Shown here: positions 10,507 through 21,426 of the stretch, one piece after another
Layout of the letters: each line of letters starts with the position of its first letter
Position numbering within the stretch: the first letter of the stretch is position 1
Source of the DNA: a virus
Reading direction: 5' to 3' (one strand)
DNA length: 64,000 nucleotides
Virus record (IMG/VR): IMGVR_UViG_3300042534_000747
Translations under genes and position numbers: made by a program
Notes under the pieces: generated by a model
Told to the model about the DNA's origin: nothing
Seen by the model: only the letters and a program-made list of their open reading frames with translations
The model's database searches: none

Positions 10507-10803
10507 TTATTTACTATATGCACTAATTATATGTTGCAAGTATATTTTTGTATTTTCTGCTTTTGGCTCTCTAATTTTACTCATTGGAATTGATTTTATT
10601 GTATTATTTAATGTTCTTTTACCAAATTCATCTTCAACTTTGAAATAATGTATTAATTTGAAATTATTTCCTGCAATTTCTACTTTTAATCTATTACCAT
10701 TTGGTAATTTGTAATTATATCCTACACCTGTTCCTTTTTGAAAACCTAAACCTATAATGACAGGTCTTATTTCATCTCTAATTTTTTCTAATTTAGAAGC
10801 CAT
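10507..10803 (-). CDS. hypothetical basic protein
   Basis: 98-aa ORF. Confidence 0.6.
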   Translation of the reverse strand: MASKLEKIRDEIRPVIIGLGFQKGTGVGYNYKLPNGNRLKVEIAGNNFKLIHYFKVEDEFGKRTLNNTIKSIPMSKIREPKAENTKIYLQHIISAYSK

Positions 10804-10912
10804 GATTATTATTTGTTATTGTTCTATATAAACATTTTTAGAACAAATGTTGTTTGTTTTTAATTAACTTTATATAAGATTAATACATACTATTATATTG
10901 TAGGTAATTAAA

Positions 10913-11362
10913 ATGACAGAATTTACAATAGCTAATATTATGGAATGGGATGAAAATGATACTAGAAAGTTGAAATCTTTAGTATATAAATTAAGCAAGT
11001 GTGATGAAAATGGTGATACATTTGGTATAACATTTGATGATGTTAGAAATGAAGTAAGTTATGGTTATGATATCACAGATATAGAAGGATGGTTTTTAAC
11101 AATTGGTAGATTGGTATTAGAAACGATGTGTGAATATACTAAAGATTACATTGATGCAAATGCTGATGAAATAGAAAATTATGAAGAAATTTATGATAAA
11201 TTAACAGAAATTGAAGATTCTGCATTTAGTTATATTTCATTTGATTATGGAAAATTAATAGATGAAACACCATTTAAAATGTTTAAAGTGAATAACTTTT
11301 ATAGCACTTTTGATGATAAAGTAGATAAATTAATAAAACAACTTGAAAAGTTTGAAATTTAA
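10913..11362 (+). CDS. hypothetical acidic protein, paralog of 11371..11823
   Basis: Shared N-terminus FTIA...W.E. Confidence 0.7.
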   Translation: MTEFTIANIMEWDENDTRKLKSLVYKLSKCDENGDTFGITFDDVRNEVSYGYDITDIEGWFLTIGRLVLETMCEYTKDYIDANADEIENYEEIYDKLTEIEDSAFSYISFDYGKLIDETPFKMFKVNNFYSTFDDKVDKLIKQLEKFEI

Positions 11363-11370
11363 AGGTAACA

Positions 11371-11823
11371 ATGATGAATAAATTTACAATAGCTACAGTA
11401 TTTGGATGGAGTGAAGAAGAAGTAAAGAGGATAGAAAATATTCTGGATACACTTGATAAACATGGATGGAATATTAGTATAAATGATATAAAACAAGATA
11501 TATTAAAATATGATGAAGATATAGAAATTTTTAACGAATGGAATATTGCAATTGCATCTGTTGTATTTGTAAAAATGTGTATTCATACAAAAAATTACAT
11601 TATTTCAATGTATATTGAAGATAAAATATATGAAAGTGAATTTGAAGATGCACTTTTTACATTGAATTCATGGATTGATGGTTCATTTGAAGGTGTAATG
11701 TTGCATACTAATTTAAAAATAGTAAGAAGTGATAATCCATTTTATATGTTTTCAATTACTGATTTTTATGAAATATTTGAAGGAAAAGTAAATGAATTGA
11801 TGGAGGGAATATTAAAATTTTAA
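11371..11823 (+). CDS. hypothetical acidic protein, paralog of 10913..11362
   Basis: Tandem duplicate; shared PF.MF...FY..F..KV..L end. Confidence 0.7.
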   Translation: MMNKFTIATVFGWSEEEVKRIENILDTLDKHGWNISINDIKQDILKYDEDIEIFNEWNIAIASVVFVKMCIHTKNYIISMYIEDKIYESEFEDALFTLNSWIDGSFEGVMLHTNLKIVRSDNPFYMFSITDFYEIFEGKVNELMEGILKF

Positions 11824-11892
11824 ATAACCTCTGTTTTTTTAGATAATTATATATACTATAAAGGTTATGTATTAACTTGTAGGTGAATTACA

Positions 11893-12402
11893 ATGGATAA
11901 TACAATTGATGAATTTATGGAAAACTGGAAGGTAAAGAGTCTTGAATATTATAATGGTCTTAGAAATGGTTATTTTGAAATTATAAAAAATAAGAGTAAT
12001 CTTACTAAAAATGAAGCTATTGATTTAAGGCACTTGGGTTATGATGTTAAAGAAGGAAATAAAGGGGATTATTATAGAGGTGTCTTGTATTTAAGAACTC
12101 ATTTTGGTAGAAATTTTAGAATGCAAGATTATGTTAAAAGTATAGATGCATATTGGAATGAATACATTACTAAATTAATTGATAAAGAAGCTGAAGCAAA
12201 AAAGATAAAGCTTATTGCTCAAATTGAAAAGAAAGCAGGTAAATTTGTATCAACTGAATATCTTTATATTGGTCAAAATGGAGATATAAACGGTAGAGTT
12301 GTTGGAGATAAAGCAACTGTTTATGTAGAAACAATAGGTGCAGGTGGATACAATGTACAAAGGTATCATTATAGAGTATTAGTAAAAGAAGTAAAGGAGT
12401 AA
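11893..12402 (+). CDS. conserved large-phage-type hypothetical protein
   Basis: C-terminal VETIGAGGYNVQRYHYRVLV motif, recalled from large phage genomes. Confidence 0.6.
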   Translation: MDNTIDEFMENWKVKSLEYYNGLRNGYFEIIKNKSNLTKNEAIDLRHLGYDVKEGNKGDYYRGVLYLRTHFGRNFRMQDYVKSIDAYWNEYITKLIDKEAEAKKIKLIAQIEKKAGKFVSTEYLYIGQNGDINGRVVGDKATVYVETIGAGGYNVQRYHYRVLVKEVKE

Positions 12403-12414
12403 ATGTTTACTCTT

Positions 12415-12771
12415 TTATTTAATTAATTTGACTAATTTATTATCTTCACTTATCCATCCTATTTTATAAGCACAACCGCCTATTATAGCCCATCCTATAG
12501 GGTCTGTCATTGGGAATGGAATTATTATTAAAGCAAATCCTATTAAGAATCCTGATATGTATAACATTTTTTCCATTATGCTTTTTCCATCATCATTAAT
12601 TAAAATTGCAATTATAATTAGAACCATTGTTATTGTTGCAATTGTCATTCCTGCCATCCAGAATGACATTATTTCTAACCCATACATGATTAATATTGAA
12701 ATGAATAAAAGAGCATACCCTTTTAACATATTAAATAATAATTCATTTGATTGATTTGTTTTTTTAACCAT
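12415..12771 (-). CDS. membrane protein (about 4 TM)
   Basis: Hydrophobic throughout. Confidence 0.65.
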   Translation of the reverse strand: MVKKTNQSNELLFNMLKGYALLFISILIMYGLEIMSFWMAGMTIATITMVLIIIAILINDDGKSIMEKMLYISGFLIGFALIIIPFPMTDPIGWAIIGGCAYKIGWISEDNKLVKLIK

Positions 12772-12825
12772 TATTTTTACCTTTATATAATTATATTTTA
12801 ATAGTATATAAATATTTTTAAGATA

Positions 12826-13335
12826 TTATTCATATTTACTTATCCATTTTTTGAATTTAATATCTAAAACTGTGCCATTAGCATTTAATTTTCCAAATGA
12901 TAAAAATTTATTAACTGTCATTATTAATTGTGAATTATTATATGTTTTATGAAAAATATCATGTGGTGTTCCATTAATTTTTATTGTTTTTAGTAAAGTA
13001 TAATCTTTATTGTAACCTATAATTGTACAAAATGTATTTCCAGTTTCTAAACATTCAAATGTAATAAATGTGTATGGAAATGGTCTTGTTTGTTTTGATA
13101 ACATAATTTTCTTAGCTGCATCTATGTAATTACTTGCTTTAACACCTGTATATATGCCTTCTACAGAATTAATGCTGTCAAGGGCTTGATTTTGGCTTAA
13201 TAGATAATGTGCATGGTCTGAATAATTATGATAGTAACCTGTTAAGTTCAATACATCCTCTATCATGAATTCAAATGGTGATTTTGGCATGTCCCCCATT
13301 AAATCTAATTTATATGCTATGTATGTCTTGTTCAT
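12826..13335 (-). CDS. hypothetical protein
   Basis: 169-aa ORF. Confidence 0.6.
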   Translation of the reverse strand: MNKTYIAYKLDLMGDMPKSPFEFMIEDVLNLTGYYHNYSDHAHYLLSQNQALDSINSVEGIYTGVKASNYIDAAKKIMLSKQTRPFPYTFITFECLETGNTFCTIIGYNKDYTLLKTIKINGTPHDIFHKTYNNSQLIMTVNKFLSFGKLNANGTVLDIKFKKWISKYE

Positions 13336-13687
13336 ATTGTATAACTTCCTTTGTATACAAGTTATGTAATATGACTATATAAACTTATTTAGACTAAGTG
13401 TATATTAATTATAATGTTGATGTTGAAAAGTAGTGATTGAAAAATTGATTAAGTAAATATTTGAATTGTTCTTTATTAATATTAGTTGTGTAAAGAAACT
13501 TATCCATTTACTTAACTGTAAAGAATGTCCTATTTGTTTTACAGTAAAACAGTAAAATCAATTTTTAATGTTTACACTGTAAAGAAAGTATAGGGAATAT
13601 GGGATATTCTTTCCACTTCCCTTATTTATATACATACGTAATGAATGTGCTAATATATATTAGTTATAAAAAATATAAAAAAAGTAG

Positions 13688-14158
13688 TTAACCTACTACA
13701 ATTTCTTTATTAGCAAATTTCAACATTTCTGCTTTTCTTCCAACATCCTTATTAATAAACCCTTTACCATCAATCATTCTTTTTATGCCTTTTGAATCTT
13801 CATAAAGAACTTGGTCATTTGGATATACTTTTTCAAGTGTATCATCAAACAGGCTATCAATACCAAATTGCCATCCATTACTAAAAACTATTCTGTTATC
13901 ACGAACTACTTTTATTAGTTTTCTATTATCTGGTAATTCAGGTTCAATAATATTCATGGCAAAACCATTCTTTTTTAGGTAATTCCATGCAGTTTCAGAA
14001 TTTGAAATATCCTTTACAAGTATGTTTTTATCTTTGCCATACTTTATTTTGTTTATTTTCAATACTCTTTTAGCATAAGCTATCATATCATCATTGTAGA
14101 GATATGTTCCGTTTGGATAATCAAATGATAAAATTTTATATTGTTTTATTTGTACCAT
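13688..14158 (-). CDS. hypothetical protein
   Basis: 156-aa ORF. Confidence 0.6.
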   Translation of the reverse strand: MVQIKQYKILSFDYPNGTYLYNDDMIAYAKRVLKINKIKYGKDKNILVKDISNSETAWNYLKKNGFAMNIIEPELPDNRKLIKVVRDNRIVFSNGWQFGIDSLFDDTLEKVYPNDQVLYEDSKGIKRMIDGKGFINKDVGRKAEMLKFANKEIVVG

Positions 14159-14168
14159 ATTGAATCAT

Positions 14169-14492
14169 TCATAAATTGCTTTTTAATTTTACATCTGTTA
14201 TACTATACCCACCACCACTAAATTCATGTAAGAATTTAGGATAATCTACAAAACTACCATTACTATTTTCTTTGGTTGAATAATATCCATTTTCTACAAG
14301 AACTTCAAAAGCAGTTTGTAAACATGTTTCCCCATAACCATATTCCATAGGTACTAACAATACAGTTCTGCCAGTTGTTACATCCTTAAATCTTACAGTG
14401 TGATATGTATTACCATATGTTTTTTGAAACCATCTTCTACACTCAATATACATATTCTTTTTTGGTATATCTATTTTTAAATCTCTTTTCAT
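14169..14492 (-). CDS. conserved phage-type hypothetical protein
   Basis: RRWFQKTYGNTYHTV...YGYGE motif. Confidence 0.6.
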   Translation of the reverse strand: MKRDLKIDIPKKNMYIECRRWFQKTYGNTYHTVRFKDVTTGRTVLLVPMEYGYGETCLQTAFEVLVENGYYSTKENSNGSFVDYPKFLHEFSGGGYSITDVKLKSNL

Positions 14493-14649
14493 TATTTATT
14501 TGCTCCATATTTATATTTAAGCATTTAAATATTTATTTAAAAGTATATAAAGGTTTTTAAAAAAGATGAGTGATGAATTATATATTTTTAATTCACCTAC
14601 AATATTATTGATAGTCTTTTTAGTATATAAAAGTTTTGTAAATAATGAG

Positions 14650-15129
14650 TTAATATCTCATTATTGCATTCCATTGTTTATATGAAAGTGGATTTTTATA
14701 TTCAGGTTCATCCATTTCAACCCATGCCTTCACTTGTTCAAAAAGTGATTTGCGGAATTCACTCTTGAAAGTCTTTGTTTTGCAAAATTTATCAAGTGCA
14801 ACTTCATATTCATAAGGTAAAACAGACAACTTGAATGCATTTCTACCGAATTTTTGAATTAGATTAGGGTAAAACTGCATAAATAGTTGAATACTGCACT
14901 TAGATACTCTTCCATGTAGATATTCATCAACTGTAAGCCAATCAGGAATCTCTACATCCCTAACATCATAAAGATTACATTCTACAAGCATATCATTGAA
15001 TGCACTTACACAACAATTTCTTGTTTCTACAAGAAGCTCTGCATCTGTTTCTTCAACGTATTCCTTAATAGGACTTAATTCAGTATTTTGATTTTCACCA
15101 AATCTCTTGAATAGAAGTTTATAAATCAT
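14650..15129 (-). CDS. hypothetical protein
   Basis: Start moved to the ATG at 15129, downstream of SD gtaggtga. Confidence 0.6.
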   Translation of the reverse strand: MIYKLLFKRFGENQNTELSPIKEYVEETDAELLVETRNCCVSAFNDMLVECNLYDVRDVEIPDWLTVDEYLHGRVSKCSIQLFMQFYPNLIQKFGRNAFKLSVLPYEYEVALDKFCKTKTFKSEFRKSLFEQVKAWVEMDEPEYKNPLSYKQWNAIMRY

Positions 15130-15135
15130 AATATT

Positions 15136-15176
15136 CACCTACAATTCTATACTAGGTGTTAATGGTATATAAATGT
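15136..15176 (-). promoter_or_regulatory. promoter with CACCTA-N11-TAGGTG palindrome
   Basis: Minus-strand AAACATTTATATA box plus a palindrome overlapping the SD; same layout at 47749 and 48373. Confidence 0.7.
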
Positions 15177-15230
15177 TTGCAAAAAAAGGAAATTATTTGA
15201 AAATAGAGGTTTATTACCTCTATTAATAAT

Positions 15231-15512
15231 TTATTTCATTTTATAATATTCTCTTATATCTGAAAGTTCTCTTTCTTTATCAGGCTTTTTATTTCCACCT
15301 TTATAAAGTGCATATACTGTTTTACCTGCTCTTTTAAATGTTAATTTTCTTATTTTAAAACCCATTTTACGTAACCTTTCAGCTTCTTTATCCATATCTG
15401 ATTCTGAAAAAGAAGCATCTGTAAGTTGATACATATTTTTAGAGCCTACGATTTTTTTCCATTGTGGAAGTGCTTTTTCATTAAATCTTATATCATTAAA
15501 TTTTTTACTCAT
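15231..15512 (-). CDS. small basic protein (KK..G..Y.L...A......G..R family)
   Basis: Similar to 22386..22634, the N-terminus of 27545..28126, 28133..28381 and 63569..63748. Confidence 0.6.
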   Translation of the reverse strand: MSKKFNDIRFNEKALPQWKKIVGSKNMYQLTDASFSESDMDKEAERLRKMGFKIRKLTFKRAGKTVYALYKGGNKKPDKERELSDIREYYKMK

Positions 15513-15698
15513 TTTTTATTCCTTCTTTAAAGATAAAATATATTGTATTTTATTCTATATAACCTTTTTTAAAATAGATATTAATTAAATTCTAATGTTA
15601 TAATTGATTATATTTGTAAAATTAATAAATAACTATATTAAATATATATATATACTATAAAAACATGTTTTACATGTAAATAAATATGAGATGTTAAA

Positions 15699-16079
15699 AT
15701 GGTAAACTATAAAGTAAGAGATATTACATGCAATATAAATACAGAAATGACTACAACTGAAGTAGTAAAACATGCAAGATTTAGACTAAAAGGATATCAT
15801 GATATAGGAATTGATAAAGAAGTAAAAAGTGTAGATTTTAATAAATCAATTAATGCAATTGTATATTTAAATAATATAGGTGTTCTAGTTGTTGAAGTTT
15901 TAAATGAAAAATTCAAATGTAAAATTTGTGGTAAAACAAAAAATATTTCACAACATTATGATAATGGCAAGTCAATTAAAGAACCAGTATGTTCAAAATG
16001 TATGTCTGATGCAAAATGTGATTATTATGAAAGACAGTCAAATTTGAGAGAAGAATATAAAAAAATGAATGAAGAATAA
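15699..16079 (+). CDS. hypothetical Zn-binding protein
   Basis: CKIC...CSKC. Confidence 0.6.
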   Translation: MVNYKVRDITCNINTEMTTTEVVKHARFRLKGYHDIGIDKEVKSVDFNKSINAIVYLNNIGVLVVEVLNEKFKCKICGKTKNISQHYDNGKSIKEPVCSKCMSDAKCDYYERQSNLREEYKKMNEE

Positions 16080-16199
16080 AATTCATTCATTTTTATTGAT
16101 TTACATAACTATATTGCTTTTTTATCTACTAATTTTTACTACATTTTAAATAATAGAATATGCATAATGTGTATTTAATTTAAATTTTATTGTAAGTAG

Positions 16200-16652
16200 G
16201 TGTACAAAATGATATTGATGAAAATAGCAATAGTAGATAGTAAATATAGAATTCCTGCTAGAGACTTGTTAACTGATATAGTAACACATACTAAATTTAG
16301 AATTATGGATAAGGAAGGAAATGTTATTTTAAAAGGCACTAAAAATGACAAAAAAATGCAGATGTTTAATGATTTGATTAGTCTAGGATACATAATGCAG
16401 GAACAGGATTTTATTTCATATCAAGGCAAGAGAGAAATTGATGGTATTGAAGTAAAAATATTACCTGCTAAAACAAATTATCATTCAGGCACACGAATTG
16501 AAGTAAAAATACATGGTGAAACAGAGGAAGAAATTAGTAGGAATAGAACTGAATCATGGAATAAAATTGTGAAATATCTAAACAATAATGGAATTCCAGT
16601 AGATAGAATTTGTGAAGAATCGTATGTGGGATGCGTTTATAACACTGATTGA
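16200..16652 (+). CDS. hypothetical protein
   Basis: 150-aa ORF. Confidence 0.6.
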   Translation: MYKMILMKIAIVDSKYRIPARDLLTDIVTHTKFRIMDKEGNVILKGTKNDKKMQMFNDLISLGYIMQEQDFISYQGKREIDGIEVKILPAKTNYHSGTRIEVKIHGETEEEISRNRTESWNKIVKYLNNNGIPVDRICEESYVGCVYNTD

Positions 16653-16661
16653 TGTGATAAA

Positions 16662-18239
16662 ATGGATTTACTATCTAAATCTAGGCATGAAAAATATTCA
16701 GTTGATGAAGTTAAAAAATTAGTAATGAATAAATTCAATGAACTAAACAAAATTCCTACTGAAGATGATTTTACAACAGAAGAATTATCTGCTATTACAT
16801 TTCATGGAATGCCATTATCTAATATGATTTTAAAACTTGATTTAAAGAATAAAGTAATTTTAGAAAGTAATTCTGATTTAGAAATGAATAGAAATCGTGC
16901 TCTAATTAATCTAATTCAAAAAAAGGGTGATTTAGGGCATAATCCTACTGAAGATGATTTTACAACATTAGACCAACATGAATTAAATAATATTAATAAG
17001 TTATTTGGAAATTTAAATAATGCAATAGAAATGGCAGATTTTTCTAATAACAATGTTATTTTTCCATGTTTGTATAATAAAACTGGTTCAAAATATAAAT
17101 TATGCAATCAAATATTGATTAATTTATATAATAAAGAATGTTATGATATTCAAAAACCATTAGCAATTACTAATTATCATATTTATAATCCTTATATGTT
17201 AAGCAAAAATACATTCAATGGGAAACTATTAAAAGAAAATATATTAAATAGTGAACCAATTTATATTGTTTGCAAATGTTATAATGCATCTAGTGATTTG
17301 TATATTAAACTTAATGATGATTTGAATGAAATGCGTAAAGTAATAAAAGGAATTGAAGGCAAATATGTTTATGTTTCTATAAGAAGAGAAAATCGGCAAA
17401 TAAAAATTAATGATAACATAGTTAAGAATTGTGAATTTTTAAATATGGATAGAATAAATGAATTAAAAAAAATCATAGTATCGGATGAATCATATAATGA
17501 TACTGAAAATAAAATTAAAAAATTAAATAATTCTAATGATATTTCACTTGTATTGGATGTATTTTATAAAAAAATATTTAACAAAATACATTCTGAAGGT
17601 GAAATAGTTGAAGAACAAATACATCCAAATAAGCAAATTACAGATAATAATCTTGTAAAATTGATTGAAGATAATTTTGTAGAAGGTGATGATACAAATT
17701 ATGTTACTAAAGATAAAATTATGCAAATATTTGAAGAAAATAAAGAAGTATATAATGTAAAAGATGGTAGAATAACAACTTATATTAGAATATTGTTCAG
17801 TCATGCTTATAAAGGAGAATTTGATAAATACATGAAAATTAAATTGAAAAATCATGAACCTGAAGTATCAAATGAAGAAATTATTTATAAAGATAGTGAA
17901 ATTGTATTAAAACATGATGTTTCTGTAATTGATAAAATTTCTACAAGTTTATTTCATAATATCATAGATGATGAAAATTTTGAGAATGATAATGCTGTTC
18001 ATATCAGTAAAGCAGAATTGATAAACAATAGATGGGAATTTGATATACCATTGAATTGTGAAATGGTTCTATTGTTAGCTATGAATGGTGATAAAATTGA
18101 GAAATCATGGATGATTCCTAGAGCAGAAATTCCAGATATAAAATTTGTATACTTAAATGTTAATGGTATGCTCAATAAATTATTTAAATATAATAAATAT
18201 GAAACAAATACAGACTATTTGAATGCAATAATTAGATAA
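16662..18239 (+). CDS. protein with two homing-endonuclease-associated repeats and a possible degenerate nuclease C-terminus
   Basis: LGHNPTEDDF...FGNLNNAIEMA; identical 23-bp cctactgaagatgattttacaac at 16755 and 16944. Confidence 0.55.
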   Translation: MDLLSKSRHEKYSVDEVKKLVMNKFNELNKIPTEDDFTTEELSAITFHGMPLSNMILKLDLKNKVILESNSDLEMNRNRALINLIQKKGDLGHNPTEDDFTTLDQHELNNINKLFGNLNNAIEMADFSNNNVIFPCLYNKTGSKYKLCNQILINLYNKECYDIQKPLAITNYHIYNPYMLSKNTFNGKLLKENILNSEPIYIVCKCYNASSDLYIKLNDDLNEMRKVIKGIEGKYVYVSIRRENRQIKINDNIVKNCEFLNMDRINELKKIIVSDESYNDTENKIKKLNNSNDISLVLDVFYKKIFNKIHSEGEIVEEQIHPNKQITDNNLVKLIEDNFVEGDDTNYVTKDKIMQIFEENKEVYNVKDGRITTYIRILFSHAYKGEFDKYMKIKLKNHEPEVSNEEIIYKDSEIVLKHDVSVIDKISTSLFHNIIDDENFENDNAVHISKAELINNRWEFDIPLNCEMVLLLAMNGDKIEKSWMIPRAEIPDIKFVYLNVNGMLNKLFKYNKYETNTDYLNAIIR

Positions 18240-18316
18240 TGTATAATTAATTTTTCCTTTTTTTAGATACCTATTTATAATATGACACCATTGTATAGAA
18301 TTGTAGGTGTTAAAAA

Positions 18317-18543
18317 ATGCAGAAAATAATAGCAGTTATTGGAAATCCATATGATAATGAGATTGTACATTTGTTTTCAAGTAATGATGCTTTGAAACTT
18401 TGGATGTCAAAAGAGGATTTGTTTTTTCACCAAAATCCGATAAAATAATAATGTATGATATATTTAAACATGGATATCCATATGAGAAATACACAATTAA
18501 AGAGCTTGATGTACTTGATTTGAATGATGTAAAGGAAATGTGA
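18317..18543 (+). pseudogene. small gene with a 1-bp deletion in a T6 run (about 75 aa if repaired)
   Basis: SD gtaggtg plus ATG at 18317. Span is 227 nt (3n-1); adding one T at 18422-18427 joins the two open frames. Confidence 0.5.
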
Positions 18544-18548
18544 TTTTC

Positions 18549-18780
18549 ATGAATGGTGATATTGAATCTTTAATGAATGAAAAAGACTATCAAGGTATTC
18601 TGAATATTTTGAAAGATGACACTTACATCAATGGATGATTACAATATGGAATTAGGTAGAATTGTAAAAAAGAAGTTTGGTGTATTTGAATATGTAAAAA
18701 AGGAAGAGTTTGAGGGTATCTATTTTGACCAACTCAAACCTATATTTGAAGAAACAACAGGTTTATACCTGTCACTTTAA
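18549..18780 (+). pseudogene. small gene with a 1-bp insertion (about 76 aa if repaired)
   Basis: Span is 232 nt (3n+1); frames join at ttgaaagatg. Confidence 0.4.
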
Positions 18781-19250
18781 TATTTTTTAATCAATTCCCA
18801 ACCAATCACATTTAAATTATCATCAATTTTTTCTTTTTTAATAATTACATTTTTATAATGAATTGTAGTCATATATTCAGCATTTTCTTTAGCTTTGTTT
18901 AAATCTTTGAAATCAAAATATGTTTGTCCACCTACATTATCAGTTCTTGTACCTTCGACTCTATATGTAGATTCTCCAATATCAAGAGATTTATAATCAA
19001 CACATTCTGTAAAAATTTCATATAATTTTTCATTGGTTAATTTCATTGAATCACTATCAAAAATTAATTTACCATCTTTTTCAACAATTTGTTGCTGACT
19101 ACCTTTAAATTGTTTATAACCTTTAATCATACCACTATGCGAATCAAGTAATAATAAATTACGCATGTTCTTAGATGTTTTAGGATACATTTTTTCATAT
19201 GAAATAACTGTATTTTTAATCACTTTTAAAAAGTTTGTTTTACTTGTCAT
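18777..19250 (-). CDS. hypothetical protein
   Basis: 157-aa ORF with SD gaggt. Confidence 0.6.
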   Translation of the reverse strand: MTSKTNFLKVIKNTVISYEKMYPKTSKNMRNLLLLDSHSGMIKGYKQFKGSQQQIVEKDGKLIFDSDSMKLTNEKLYEIFTECVDYKSLDIGESTYRVEGTRTDNVGGQTYFDFKDLNKAKENAEYMTTIHYKNVIIKKEKIDDNLNVIGWELIKKY

Positions 19251-19280
19251 TTTAATACCTCATTAATAATATTTAGATAT

Positions 19281-19310
19281 TCTTTTCGATTCTTTTCGAT
19301 TCTTTTCGTT
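19281..19310. repeat. 10-bp tandem repeat x3 (tcttttcgat)
   Basis: Seen directly; third copy has one mismatch. Confidence 0.8.
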
Positions 19311-19473
19311 TTCTTTTTTAACAATTTTAATCACAATTATATTATGTTTTATTATTATATAAAGATTTGTAGAATAGATGTTTTATAAATATTTATCTAA
19401 TGATGCCTACTGTTATTTGTATATACCATCTATTATAAAAAAGTATATATAGTAAAAAAATGTATTTATTTAT

Positions 19474-21096
19474 ATGAAGGTTAAAAAAGTTTTATTTATT
19501 TTATTCTTATTATCAATTATAGGAATTGCGTGTTTCAGTATAATGGATACAGGCTCTTTATATGATGGTGATAATTATGAATATAGAACAATAAGTTACA
19601 CTAGTACAGATGATATTATCAAACTAAACCGTGCTGTAGAAGATGGAATGGAAGCAGATTTTAGTAATGTAGAGTATTATGATGTAGAGGGTAATTTATT
19701 AGAGCAAGATTATTATGGTAATATAGTTTTAATTGATATTCCTGATGGTTCAAGTAGTATTTATGAGAAATGGGGAGATAGTGTAACTGCTATTGATGGG
19801 GATTTAATTAGTGAAACATTATCATATTGGTCTGAAGGAGCTACAAGCGATTTTAAAACATGGATAGAAATAGAATCACTTGATGATAGTGAAGTAAAGA
19901 AATATGAAATTAAAAAAGAAGCAGGATACATACCAGATGGTAATGATGTATTTGAAGTATTTGATGATTTTGATACATTAGATGATTGGACTATTGTATT
20001 AGGTTCATGGTCAGTAGCTAATAGTGAATTATCAATTCCGGCAACTGGTTCAAATTCTAATTATTTAAAATACAATACTCAACTATCATTAGATACTTAT
20101 AAAATTGCATCTAGATATTATTTGTCTGGTAGTACATATTTAGTTGTTGAAGCAGATTCAACTCCTTATTATGCACATGCTCTTGATATTGCATCATGGA
20201 ATGGTGCATTACCAAAAGTAGTATCTGTGCTTCCTGATTGGAATGTTGCTAATACAGAAGGAGCATTATTATCAGAAGGACATACAAGTGAAAAATGGTA
20301 TGTTCAAGAAACAACTGTATTATCTGGAAATAATTATGCAGATATTTATGATAATGGAAGAAATAATTTAATTGGAACAAGTGATTTTCAAACAGTAGAT
20401 GGTACTGGTGCAGGTCATTATTTTGCAATTTGGGGAAGGTCTGATACAACAGGTACTAAATACGATTGGATAACTGTAAGAAAATATGCAAGTGTAGAAC
20501 CTACTGTGACTGTTACTGATGAAGGTGAATATTATGTAGTTACAGTGACTAATAATTTAGCAAGTGAATTGACTAATTATCAAGTTGGTTTTAGTTCTGC
20601 TGATATTGATTTATCTTCAATTGATGAATCATTAGAAATTACAGAATATATAGAAGATGCTGAAATAACTTATAGTGATACGTATATAACTGGTGTAAAT
20701 GAAAATATTCAAGAAGATATAACTGTTGATACTGATGTAACATTTACAAAAACATTTATTGAAGAATTAGACCATGAATGGTATGTAGATGATGATTTAA
20801 CACAAGAAAATACATCAGAAACAATTACATCTTTAACTATGACTATAGATGAAGCAAAAGAATATACAGTTACTTTAAAATCATATAATGGTGCATCTTT
20901 AGTAGATGAAAACACATGGACATTTAGCGGTATTGCTGTAGCTAAAAAGAGTTCAAGTACTATTATTGATGATGATGTAACTACTATTACAGAAACAAAA
21001 GTTACAGAAACAAATTCTAATAAAGTAATTGGGTTTATTAGCAATGCAATAAATACTATATTAAATTATATAAGAAGTATATTTGCTGCATTATAA
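19474..21096 (+). CDS. secreted DUF2341-like / lectin-fold surface protein with PKD-like C-terminal domain
   Basis: N-terminal signal/TM; DFSNVEYYD and GNDVFEVFDDFD motifs; YTVTLKSYN. Confidence 0.65.
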   Translation: MKVKKVLFILFLLSIIGIACFSIMDTGSLYDGDNYEYRTISYTSTDDIIKLNRAVEDGMEADFSNVEYYDVEGNLLEQDYYGNIVLIDIPDGSSSIYEKWGDSVTAIDGDLISETLSYWSEGATSDFKTWIEIESLDDSEVKKYEIKKEAGYIPDGNDVFEVFDDFDTLDDWTIVLGSWSVANSELSIPATGSNSNYLKYNTQLSLDTYKIASRYYLSGSTYLVVEADSTPYYAHALDIASWNGALPKVVSVLPDWNVANTEGALLSEGHTSEKWYVQETTVLSGNNYADIYDNGRNNLIGTSDFQTVDGTGAGHYFAIWGRSDTTGTKYDWITVRKYASVEPTVTVTDEGEYYVVTVTNNLASELTNYQVGFSSADIDLSSIDESLEITEYIEDAEITYSDTYITGVNENIQEDITVDTDVTFTKTFIEELDHEWYVDDDLTQENTSETITSLTMTIDEAKEYTVTLKSYNGASLVDENTWTFSGIAVAKKSSSTIIDDDVTTITETKVTETNSNKVIGFISNAINTILNYIRSIFAAL

Positions 21097-21111
21097 ATAT
21101 ACTTTCTTTTT

Positions 21112-21426
21112 TTAACATTTTAATGGTTGATTTGCATATTTTTTATATTCAAATTTATATTTAATAAATTTATTTTTTGCTTTAATTAATTCTTCTTTGA
21201 ATTCAGGATTTGCTTCTATAATTTCATCTGAAGGGTAACACCATCTCCAATAATTTCCTGCACCTATCCAATTGATTTCACCAGAATGACTACTAATACT
21301 TGATATAGTAATTTTTTGCATTCTAGTTGTAATCATATCACTTTTTGTAGGATGTGTGGATATGATTCTTGTACCTTTAGGTATTACAATTATTGATTTT
21401 TCAGGAATCTTTATTTTTTCAATCAT
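21112..21426 (-). CDS. hypothetical protein, paralog of 32059..32310
   Basis: Shared IP.GT...ST.P...R...W.G...Y.RW...I...NP. Confidence 0.65.
   Translation of the reverse strand: MIEKIKIPEKSIIVIPKGTRIISTHPTKSDMITTRMQKITISSISSHSGEINWIGAGNYWRWCYPSDEIIEANPEFKEELIKAKNKFIKYKFEYKKYANQPLKC

Noticed and set aside
19251-19345. Borg-like tandem-repeat signature (with 2894, 23158 and the 12-bp repeat near 50090)
   Set aside because: The repeats are short, few and low-copy; insufficient to call this a Borg, and GC appears lower than I would expect for one.
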